From: Candidatus Uhrbacteria bacterium RIFOXYB12_FULL_58_10
Lineage (GTDB): Bacteria > Patescibacteriota > Patescibacteriia > UBA9934 > GWF2-40-263
Length of the DNA: 64,000 nucleotides
Reading direction: 5' to 3'
Assembly: GCA_943354165.1 (NCBI GenBank)
Contig: CALRBH010000001.1
Coordinates: 16,828-80,827 of the forward strand
In this document: positions 55,701-62,727 of the stretch, in pieces
How the letters are laid out: the number at the start of each line of letters is the position of its first letter
How positions within the stretch are numbered: the first letter of the stretch is position 1
Program-made: the position numbers and the translations under genes
Notes under the pieces: generated by a model
Told to the model about the DNA's origin: nothing
Seen by the model: the letters and a program-made list of their open reading frames with translations, nothing else
Database searches by the model: none

Positions 55701-58032
55701 TGTGAATGGTCCGGAAGCTTGTGATCCGGCCGTACCTGGCGGAGGGTTTGAAGAATACGGTGGAGCGTTCTGTCTCGGTGGAGCCAATAACGGCCAGAAG
55801 TGTTCCATTGCAGGGAACTGTCCAGGGGGAAGTTGTGGAGGTAATGCAGCGACCAACGCGTGCGTTCCCTCTAAAATTTGTACCGCTGGAGGGACAAACG
55901 AAATAGGGAATTCTTGTTCAACGAACACACAATGCGACGGTATCGTTTCGATATCGGTTTGTGATGAATCAAGCTGCGACGCCCAGCAAGGCATTATATC
56001 CGGCATCTGTTCTGTTCAGGCGTTCTCGACGACCAGGTCCCGTACCTGCAATGCAAGAGGATCGACGGATCAATGCACATTCATTAAAGCAAATACGTTC
56101 AATGGGTTCGGCGCCTGCAAGGGCGGATCACAACGCTGCGGAAACGGAGCGAAAGAAGGGACGGAGCAGTGTGACGACGGAAATACCAAAGAGGAAGATG
56201 CCTGTACGAACAGCTGTCTCACGAACGTCTGCGGAGATGGAAAAGTGAACCGCGATGCTAACTCAACCGAGTCCTGCGATGACGGGGCGAATAATGGTCG
56301 ACAGCCTGGGTCTGGGGAAATTCCTTACAATGGAACGGCGGTTTTCTGTACCGCGGACTGTAAGTTCCGGACCATCTCCGGCCCGTTCTGCGGGGACAAC
56401 GTGAAAAATCTACCGCAGGAATCGTGTGACGGGGCGCAGGTGAATAAGACCTATTGTTATAATGCAACGACACGAGAAGGGGGTAAGGTGGCTTGTACCC
56501 CACCTAATTCCGCTGCATTTATTGCCGCAGCTACGGCATCTGCACAAGCCGCAGTCACTGCTGCTGCAGCTTCGGCGAATCCAACCCAAGCAAATATTGC
56601 GGCAGCCGCTGCGGCTCAATCCGCCCTTACTGCAGCCTCTGTTGGAGTCTTCATGACCGGTTCGTCTCCAACTACATGTGGTTCACCAGCTACTTGTACG
56701 ACGGTTGGTGTCTGTGACGGAGGTGTTTCTTCAGGGCTGGTTTGTCGAATGGGAACAGCTGCAGATTGTACGGGTGGGACCTGCAAGCCTCCGCAATGTA
56801 CGGCAGATTGTAACGGCAGCTGTCCATTTGATTTCGATCAAATAAGTTTGAAAGTACAATCGGAGATTCCTGGTTCGCTTCGAAAAGATGACATTTCCCT
56901 CTTTAGTTTCCAGAACGCAAATGGGGACGTACCGGATAATGCCACGTTGTTTATCCCAGCATGTGCGGTAGGACGTTCTCTTCAGGTTGATATTGCGCGC
57001 CCCAATGTTGTTCTTCCGACCGTGGATGTCATGATCATGATCGATACCTCCGGAAGCATGGTGAGTAGTGTGGGTGGAGGGCTACGCCGAATTGACGTGG
57101 TCGTCGATGCCGTGAAGCCGATGATTGAGACGCTCATTTCTACCTATCAACAGCAAGGTGGGACCATGCGTATTGCTGTGGGGAGTTTCGAGCTGAGCAG
57201 TGAACACCGAGCTGCACATGGAGCCAATGCGAGTATTGACCAGGAGTTTACTTCTTCTATTCAGCCTTTGCAGGACATGATTGAAACCTATCGCGCGATC
57301 GATAACAACGGCGGAACGCCAACCGAAGCAGGCTTGCAGGTGAGTTTGGACGTATTCAAACCCGAGACGTCTACAGCTCAACGAAAGATTCTTGTGTTCA
57401 TGTCTGATGGAGCGCCGAGCGATGCCGCTGCAATCGCTGGATGTACTACGAACTTATCTGATCTCGCAAAAGTGGGAACGGTCGAACTGGCTCGTGTGAC
57501 AAACTACAATACTGGATGTGGAGGCTTCATCGTTCTATCAGATGTAGTAGGAATTAAAACCGCCGCTGCGCAAAATATCGAAATCTACACCGCAACCGTT
57601 GCGCCCGTTTCGGATGCTCCGTTGATAAATTTTATGCGGCACATTTCTGACGACGGTTGTCCTGCTTCGCATTATGCAAATCCGACCGCGAACTCTTCGC
57701 CAGCGTTTAGTGATGTCACCGGTTGTACGGTGAACCCGCAGAACAACATCCAGTATGCGTATAGCGGGATTACCGCCGTGGCTATCGAGGAGATGTTCCT
57801 GTCCATCAGTAACTCCATTCTCGGCGTCACGCCGTCGTTCGTCCAGTCCGGGACGGGTGGGGCTGTGGTCAGTTCATTCCCCGTGTTGATCGGTGACGGA
57901 ACGGTTCTGCCGATACCAGATTTCTTCGTGTGTGGTCCGACGGAACAGAGCATCCCGCTGTCCGTGTCATTCAGCGGAACCGGGAGCCTCGACTTTGAAG
58001 ACTTCTCCCTTGAATATTGTCCGATTCAGTAA
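52771..58032 (+). CDS. giant secreted surface protein (1753 aa): signal peptide, Ig-like repeats, Cys-rich repeats, C-terminal von Willebrand factor A domain
   Basis: SP; polyproline PPPPPPPAPAPP linker; CGNGAVDPGEACDDG and GTEQCDDGNTKEEDACTNSCL repeats; MIDAS motif DTSGSM at ~57043 with downstream vWA core. Confidence 0.85.
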   Translation: MIARARFQPFRVLVLVLFIVFGTGLIDLQPALAVAPRVTGFFVPFPAADGTFTVGTTVVIGLTFDQDVTLTGTPQLILNTGSPATTTINLTRFNSPRTFLFNYAITAGNSSPDLSYVNSSSLVCVSPCVIRNAGNELANLQLPAPGTAGSLSAVRNIVIDAVAPSQPSIDFDAADDTGSSTTDNITNKTSGLTFSGRAEANSTVRLLEGSTVLGTTTALANNTWSIDPVSLAAGVHPVRVTSTDAVGNVSVASTIISLTVDTTRPTVTINKTAAQADPTGTQPIGFTTTFTETVTGFIGTDVTTSASTAPGTKTINITGGQATYTASVSGATGTGTIVASIAAGVASDTAGNLNLASTSTDNSVQFNAPPPPPPPAPAPPTVLSITRIDPSPTSASTVSWSVRFSEPVLNVDATDFHLSPISLTGSGNIRLLTQGSGLAVYTVAADTGTVAAPGPGTLRLDLLDNDSITSAANSISLGGPGAGNASLKGEEYTISAAAPVPPDLLNTIISSAVANTEPPTNGVFINTSGTPTSTTLRNVRVTFDSNKAGSDTFACKIDAEQFAPCTSQFTRSGLSVGSHTFSVQASLGAETDASPASFSWTITAAATDSTPAVLTFNTPGSGAVVNGTVSVSISATDASMPVSVALAVPCGSVSGANPQSVGAAGAATFSWNTLGGTACVNGNRILSAIGRDSASPANTSAAVTRTVNVNNVAQVAPPPIPNTTDTDGDGVLDVNDGAANDPCVPNASSPACPPPPAGGTITLFSNPGSGAGTASVCVQTGAGPSSVNIPSTGFVSAPLFCPATGSNPFGSSATCGDGVKGPFEVCEIGEVKTDTASCNAPVCTRGGIRNFFCIKDLNNGACRFQTVSDSNLASCVPFSCGNGAVDPGEACDDGILNGTQGHCGPDCSFASAFFCGDGFLGGGEQCDCGNSDANRTKPNSFALLRSCSKVNGQYTTGTGISCDFDCTAPGPSCGDAIVNGPEACDPAVPGGGFEEYGGAFCLGGANNGQKCSIAGNCPGGSCGGNAATNACVPSKICTAGGTNEIGNSCSTNTQCDGIVSISVCDESSCDAQQGIISGICSVQAFSTTRSRTCNARGSTDQCTFIKANTFNGFGACKGGSQRCGNGAKEGTEQCDDGNTKEEDACTNSCLTNVCGDGKVNRDANSTESCDDGANNGRQPGSGEIPYNGTAVFCTADCKFRTISGPFCGDNVKNLPQESCDGAQVNKTYCYNATTREGGKVACTPPNSAAFIAAATASAQAAVTAAAASANPTQANIAAAAAAQSALTAASVGVFMTGSSPTTCGSPATCTTVGVCDGGVSSGLVCRMGTAADCTGGTCKPPQCTADCNGSCPFDFDQISLKVQSEIPGSLRKDDISLFSFQNANGDVPDNATLFIPACAVGRSLQVDIARPNVVLPTVDVMIMIDTSGSMVSSVGGGLRRIDVVVDAVKPMIETLISTYQQQGGTMRIAVGSFELSSEHRAAHGANASIDQEFTSSIQPLQDMIETYRAIDNNGGTPTEAGLQVSLDVFKPETSTAQRKILVFMSDGAPSDAAAIAGCTTNLSDLAKVGTVELARVTNYNTGCGGFIVLSDVVGIKTAAAQNIEIYTATVAPVSDAPLINFMRHISDDGCPASHYANPTANSSPAFSDVTGCTVNPQNNIQYAYSGITAVAIEEMFLSISNSILGVTPSFVQSGTGGAVVSSFPVLIGDGTVLPIPDFFVCGPTEQSIPLSVSFSGTGSLDFEDFSLEYCPIQ

Positions 58033-58035
58033 GCT

Positions 58036-58785
58036 ATGACTACTCGCCTGCGTATCGGTTTGATCATCGGCGCGCTCCTTCTCATCGGTGGGATCGGGCT
58101 TGTGTTCTGGCTTAGGAGTCGCGGGCTTGAGTCCGCGCGAAACTCGCTTGAACAGGCCCAACAGCAGGTTGAGGCGGTGAAGGAGACATGTAAGGAAGGC
58201 GATTCGGCTTGTCTGAACACGGTGGTTACGGATGCCGCAGAAGAATTTAAGAGTTCCGCTGCCTGTAAGGAGCTGGCAGGGGAAGCAGCCGATAATTGCG
58301 TATGGACCGTCGCGCGCTCATCGAACGATGAAGCGGTATGTGCGGAGATCGTGAACAGTGAATGGAGCGTCAGGTGTCATGACGGCATCCTGCTTTCAAA
58401 GGCCATGAGTTCAAAGGATCCGTCCGTGTGTTCTCGGATCACTTCCGTTCCGCAGAAGGACCAGTGTTTGGCGGCGATTGATCCCATTACCGCGCAGAAC
58501 TGTTCGTCTCGCGGGAAGAGCGTCGAGGAATGTGCTGAACTTCAGAGCTATGAAACGGCGATCGCGTCTGGAGACTATTCTGCGTGCGCGCAATTCAGCG
58601 GAGAACGGAAGGATTCGTGCATTGACGTTACTGCCGAGTCCGATCCTGACGCCGACGGTCTGTCCGGCGCTGATGAAGCTCGATACGGCACTTCAAACCA
58701 GAAACCCGACACAGATGGCGATGGGTTTACTGATGGTGATGAAGTCGCAGGTGGCTTTAATCCAAACGGCCCGGGCAAATTGTGA
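58036..58785 (+). CDS. single-pass membrane protein, Cys-rich ectodomain, C-terminal Asp-rich thrombospondin-type-3-like Ca-binding repeats
   Basis: TM IGLIIGALLLIGGIGLVFWL; DPDADGLSGADE…DTDGDGFTDGDE repeats. Confidence 0.75.
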   Translation: MTTRLRIGLIIGALLLIGGIGLVFWLRSRGLESARNSLEQAQQQVEAVKETCKEGDSACLNTVVTDAAEEFKSSAACKELAGEAADNCVWTVARSSNDEAVCAEIVNSEWSVRCHDGILLSKAMSSKDPSVCSRITSVPQKDQCLAAIDPITAQNCSSRGKSVEECAELQSYETAIASGDYSACAQFSGERKDSCIDVTAESDPDADGLSGADEARYGTSNQKPDTDGDGFTDGDEVAGGFNPNGPGKL

Positions 58786-58800
58786 TATGATTAGCGAAAG

Positions 58801-58878
58801 AAGTTAGTAGTAAGTAGTTAGTAGTAAGTAGTCGACAGGACTTTTTCTACTATCTACTAACTACTATCTACTAACTAC
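58801..58878. repeat. TAGTAG-palindromic intergenic element, copy 4
   Basis: aagttagtagtaagtagttagtagtaagtagtc…ctactatctactaactactatctactaactacg. Confidence 0.7.
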
Positions 58879-58882
58879 GCCT

Positions 58883-59563
58883 ATGTTCGACAATGCAAAA
58901 CCAACTGCAGAGCCTGAGGATATCTTTGAGTCGGCCGATACGGGGGCCTCGCCACCCATGTCTCCGCCGCGCGTCCCATCGATGACGACTCCGCCCATGG
59001 CGCGTCCGCAACCTGCAGCGCCCATGATGTCTGCTCCCGTCGCACAAGCTCCTGCTTATGTGCCCTCTGCAGAAGTGAGTGGGGGAGGAGGATTCCCATG
59101 GAAGGGGATTCTTGTCGTTATGGTGATTCTTGGTGTCGTTGGGGGTGCGGCGGCGCTTTCATACATGTTGCTTTCAGCGCGAACACCTTCGACCCCCGGG
59201 ATTCCGAACATTACGGATTCTGTTTTGGAAACTTCGGAACCAATTCCATCTCCCGTGCCTTCCTCCGCTCCTGCTCCGGTTTCGGCGCCAGCGTTTGAAC
59301 CTCCGCCACCCACTGTGACGGACGAACCTGACCAGGACTCCGACGGCCTGTCCGATTCGCAGGAGGCACAGCTTGGGACCAGTCCTATTTCCGCAGATAC
59401 GGACGCCGACGGGCTCTTCGATGCGGAAGAGGTGAACGTCTACCAAACCAACCCGCTCAATCCAGATACGGACGGTGACACGTTCATGGATGGTGCGGAA
59501 GTTCAGAATGGATACAACCCTGCCGGTCCTGGAAAACTTACGCAGACTCCAGGCGCCTCCTAA
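58883..59563 (+). CDS. membrane protein, Pro-rich N-terminus, single TM, C-terminal thrombospondin-type-3-like repeats (paralog of 58036 and 59570)
   Basis: TM ILVVMVILGVVGGAAALSYMLL; DQDSDGLSDSQE…DTDADGLFDAEE…DTDGDTFMDGAE. Confidence 0.75.
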   Translation: MFDNAKPTAEPEDIFESADTGASPPMSPPRVPSMTTPPMARPQPAAPMMSAPVAQAPAYVPSAEVSGGGGFPWKGILVVMVILGVVGGAAALSYMLLSARTPSTPGIPNITDSVLETSEPIPSPVPSSAPAPVSAPAFEPPPPTVTDEPDQDSDGLSDSQEAQLGTSPISADTDADGLFDAEEVNVYQTNPLNPDTDGDTFMDGAEVQNGYNPAGPGKLTQTPGAS

Positions 59564-59569
59564 TCGTTC

Positions 59570-60487
59570 ATGTTCGAGAAATCTCCCACATCTCCTCCAA
59601 CCCCCGTCGCTCCTCCACCCAAAACCGGGCCGGCCATCTTTGTGATGCCTGAGGGGTATCGCGGCGGGACGGGGAAGTTGGTGCAGCCTAAGGTTCCGGA
59701 GCCAGTAAAGCCGGCCGTCGTGGTTATTGCACCACCTCCACCTCCGCCTCCTGTTTCGGCCGGACTCACCAAGCCCGTCGTCAAAAAGAAGAGTCACGCC
59801 AAGTTGATCGTCATCATCGGGCTTCTGTTTATTGCGCTCTTGGGGATCGGAGGATATTTCCTTTTGAATTCAGCGACCCTTGCACCTGCCCCTGCTCCAG
59901 TACCGATTCCTGAACCCGTTCCAGAACCAATCCCGGCACCTATCCCTGAACCGATTCCAGAACCCGTGGGTCCGACTTCTGGCATTGATACGGATGGGGA
60001 TGGATTGACAGATGTAGAAGAGAATTCTATTTATCGAAGCGAACTTTCAATTGCGGATACGGATCAGGATGGATATTCGGACGGATTGGAAGTGGTGAAT
60101 CGTTACAATCCTGCGGCCGTGGCTCCTAAGACACTGCTGGAAGCTGGAATCGTACGGCCGCAAGTCTCGGGAGATATTTCTTTTCTTTATCCCGTAACTT
60201 GGATCGTCCAAGAAGCGGAGGACGGGTCTATGATCCTCACGACCGCGACCGGGGAAACGATTACGTTCCGGACCGTGCAGTCAGGTGAAGGACCAACCCC
60301 AGATGCCGTGGCGTTTACCACCAAGAACGGCTTGCAGGGTTACCGGCCAGCGCGCATCGGAGACCCATTCTATCTCGGGATCCCAGAAGGCGATTTGGCG
60401 GTATTCACCACGTCACTTGGTACACAGACCACCATCGAATATACCTCGACGATTGATCTGATCGTCAACAGCGTAATGTTTAACTAG
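59570..60487 (+). CDS. membrane protein, Pro-rich N-terminus, single TM, PEPxP linker, thrombospondin-type-3-like repeats, C-terminal beta-rich domain
   Basis: TM LIVIIGLLFIALLGIGGYFLL; PIPEPVPEPIPAPIPEPIPEP; DTDGDGLTDVEE…DTDQDGYSDGLE. Confidence 0.75.
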   Translation: MFEKSPTSPPTPVAPPPKTGPAIFVMPEGYRGGTGKLVQPKVPEPVKPAVVVIAPPPPPPPVSAGLTKPVVKKKSHAKLIVIIGLLFIALLGIGGYFLLNSATLAPAPAPVPIPEPVPEPIPAPIPEPIPEPVGPTSGIDTDGDGLTDVEENSIYRSELSIADTDQDGYSDGLEVVNRYNPAAVAPKTLLEAGIVRPQVSGDISFLYPVTWIVQEAEDGSMILTTATGETITFRTVQSGEGPTPDAVAFTTKNGLQGYRPARIGDPFYLGIPEGDLAVFTTSLGTQTTIEYTSTIDLIVNSVMFN

Positions 60488-60488
60488 T

Positions 60489-60920
60489 GTGGTCACCATC
60501 GACGTAAATTACGGCACGCTCGCGGGCGGGGCGCGGATGGGCGACGTCCGGATCAAAAAAGTTCTCAAGGCGTTTGAACGTGAGGCTCCATCGCCTATCA
60601 AGCGGGAAGTCTCCCTCGCCTTTATCGGTGATCGCGAGATGCGTCGGCTCAATAAGGTCTGGCGGCTCAAGGACAAGACGACGGACGTTCTGTCGTTCGG
60701 TGATGAGAAAGGGAATGGGGAAATTCTCATCTCGTATCCCCAGGCGGTTCGTCAGGCAAAGGCGATGAAACACGGCGTGCAGGATGAACTCGTCTTTCTT
60801 CTCGTCCACGGCCTCCTTCACTTGAATGGTCTCGACCACGAACGACCCATCGACGCCAAACACATGTTTCCGCTTCAGGAAAAAATCTTGCGCTCACTCG
60901 GTGTTGATCCACGCCTATGA
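60489..60920 (+). CDS. ybeY: rRNA maturation endoribonuclease YbeY
   Basis: HGLLHLNGLDHE zinc-binding motif. Confidence 0.85.
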   Translation: MVTIDVNYGTLAGGARMGDVRIKKVLKAFEREAPSPIKREVSLAFIGDREMRRLNKVWRLKDKTTDVLSFGDEKGNGEILISYPQAVRQAKAMKHGVQDELVFLLVHGLLHLNGLDHERPIDAKHMFPLQEKILRSLGVDPRL

Positions 60921-61300
60921 TCGACATACGCACTCTCCTCACCAGTTTCAAGCATGCGATCCGCGGCGTCGTTCATGTGTTCAAGACGGAACAGAGTTTC
61001 CGGCTTCAATCCATCGCGGCGATGTTTGCTATTGCCATGGCGCTCATCCTGGAAGTCGGGAAGTTGGAGTTTATCCTCATCCTCCTGCTCTCGGTCGCGG
61101 TATTGACCCTTGAACTCGTAAATTCGGTGTTCGAGCGCCTGGTGGACGCCTTCAAGCCTCGCATCCATCCCATTGTCCGGGACGTAAAAGACATTATGGC
61201 CGGGACGGTTTTCCTCGCCGCCCTGTGTGCGGCCGTCGTCGGAATGATAATATTCATTCCACGCATAAGCGTCCTGTTCTTTAGTGTTCAAGGGGTGTAA
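60917..61300 (+). CDS. dgkA: diacylglycerol kinase (prokaryotic DgkA family)
   Basis: 127 aa, 3 TM helices, EL.NS..E..VD motif. Confidence 0.75.
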   Translation: MIDIRTLLTSFKHAIRGVVHVFKTEQSFRLQSIAAMFAIAMALILEVGKLEFILILLLSVAVLTLELVNSVFERLVDAFKPRIHPIVRDVKDIMAGTVFLAALCAAVVGMIIFIPRISVLFFSVQGV

Positions 61301-61313
61301 ACTGCCTGTACGT

Positions 61314-62573
61314 ATGGCTGAGGAAATCTACGCGGGACTAGATATTGGTTCGCGTGCCATCCGCGTGGCGGTAGGGAAACCTGTCCCTGCGGCGGACGGC
61401 AAGCGGCAAATGCATATTATCGGCGCCATTGAGGTGTCGTCTTCTGGTATTTCAAAAGGCACGGTTACCAACCTTGAGGACGCCGTTTCCTCAATTTCCA
61501 AAGCCCTCGAACAAGCAGAACGCGTCACTGGAATCCCTGTGAACGCCGCATGGGTGGGGATAAGTGGCACGCACGTCATTGCCCAGGAAAGCCGGGGCGT
61601 CATCGGTGTCTCCCGCTCTGATGGAGAGATCAAAGAAGAGGATGTAGAGCGCGTGATTGAGGCCGCTCGTACCGTTGCAACTCCCACCAACTACGAAATC
61701 ATCCACGTCATCCCCAAAAGCTTTATTATCGATGGTCAGCGGGGCATAAAGGATCCTGTTGGCATGAATGGTATTCGTCTGGAGGTGGATGCCCTGATCA
61801 TCGAAGGGTTATCTTCTCAAATTAAGAATCTTACCAAATGCGTTTACCGTACGGGGTTGGACATTGAGGACTTGGTGTATTCAATCCTCGGCACGTCGGA
61901 GGCCGTCGTAACGGATCGTCAGCGTGAGCTTGGTGTTTGCGTGGTGAACATCGGTGCCTCCACCACTTCGCTTGCGGTGTTTGAGGAGGGGGACGTGAAG
62001 CATACCGCCGTGTTGCCGGTTGGCGGCGATCACGTCACTTCGGATATCGCCATCGGCCTGCGTACCTCCATCGATATTGCCGAGCAGGTGAAGCTGCGAT
62101 ACGCCACTTGCCGCACGGAAGAGGTTTCCAAAAAAGAAGTGTTTTCGCTTGCGGAGCTGGGTGCTCCGGAGATGGAAGAAGTCTCGCGCCGGTTCGTTGC
62201 TGAGATCACCGAGGCGCGCATTCAGGAAATTTTTGAGCTCATCGATCGTGAACTGAAGAAGGTGGATCGTTCCGGCATGCTGCCGTCCGGCGTCGTGCTC
62301 ACTGGCGGCGGTTCAAAGCTCGCCGGGATGCTTGAATCCGCGCGTGAGACATTGCGCCTGCCCGCTTCCATCGGAACCACCATCGGCGTCAGTTCGGTTA
62401 TTAGTCGCGCGGCGGATCCGTGCATGACGACGGCAGTCGGGCTCCTGCTGTGGGGCCAGCATATCCGTGGAAATCAGGAGCCAAGTGGATTTGGGAGGAT
62501 GATGTCTAAAATGAAGGGTGTGGATAAGTTAGGGAGCATGATTAAGAATGTGTTCCGATCTCTCAAACCCTAG
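61314..62573 (+). CDS. ftsA: cell division protein FtsA
   Basis: Actin-like ATPase; start taken at MAEEIYAGLDIGS; FtsA subdomain 1C; C-terminal amphipathic tail. Confidence 0.9.
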   Translation: MAEEIYAGLDIGSRAIRVAVGKPVPAADGKRQMHIIGAIEVSSSGISKGTVTNLEDAVSSISKALEQAERVTGIPVNAAWVGISGTHVIAQESRGVIGVSRSDGEIKEEDVERVIEAARTVATPTNYEIIHVIPKSFIIDGQRGIKDPVGMNGIRLEVDALIIEGLSSQIKNLTKCVYRTGLDIEDLVYSILGTSEAVVTDRQRELGVCVVNIGASTTSLAVFEEGDVKHTAVLPVGGDHVTSDIAIGLRTSIDIAEQVKLRYATCRTEEVSKKEVFSLAELGAPEMEEVSRRFVAEITEARIQEIFELIDRELKKVDRSGMLPSGVVLTGGGSKLAGMLESARETLRLPASIGTTIGVSSVISRAADPCMTTAVGLLLWGQHIRGNQEPSGFGRMMSKMKGVDKLGSMIKNVFRSLKP

Positions 62574-62622
62574 CCAAAATGTATCAACACCCTGAGGCTT
62601 CGGCCGAAGGGTCTTTTGTTAT

Positions 62623-62650
62623 TGACTTCCCCTCATGCCACGACTAAAGT
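62623..62650 (+). promoter_or_regulatory. candidate ftsZ promoter TTGACT-16bp-TAAAGT
   Basis: TTGACT 62623-62628, TAAAGT 62645-62650, about 75 bp upstream of the ftsZ start. Confidence 0.35.
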
Positions 62651-62727
62651 GACAAAGATTTCGCTCAAGGTAGCGTATTTTGAACACATAACGTGTTCAA
62701 CCATTCACTACTTGAATCTCTGATCCT

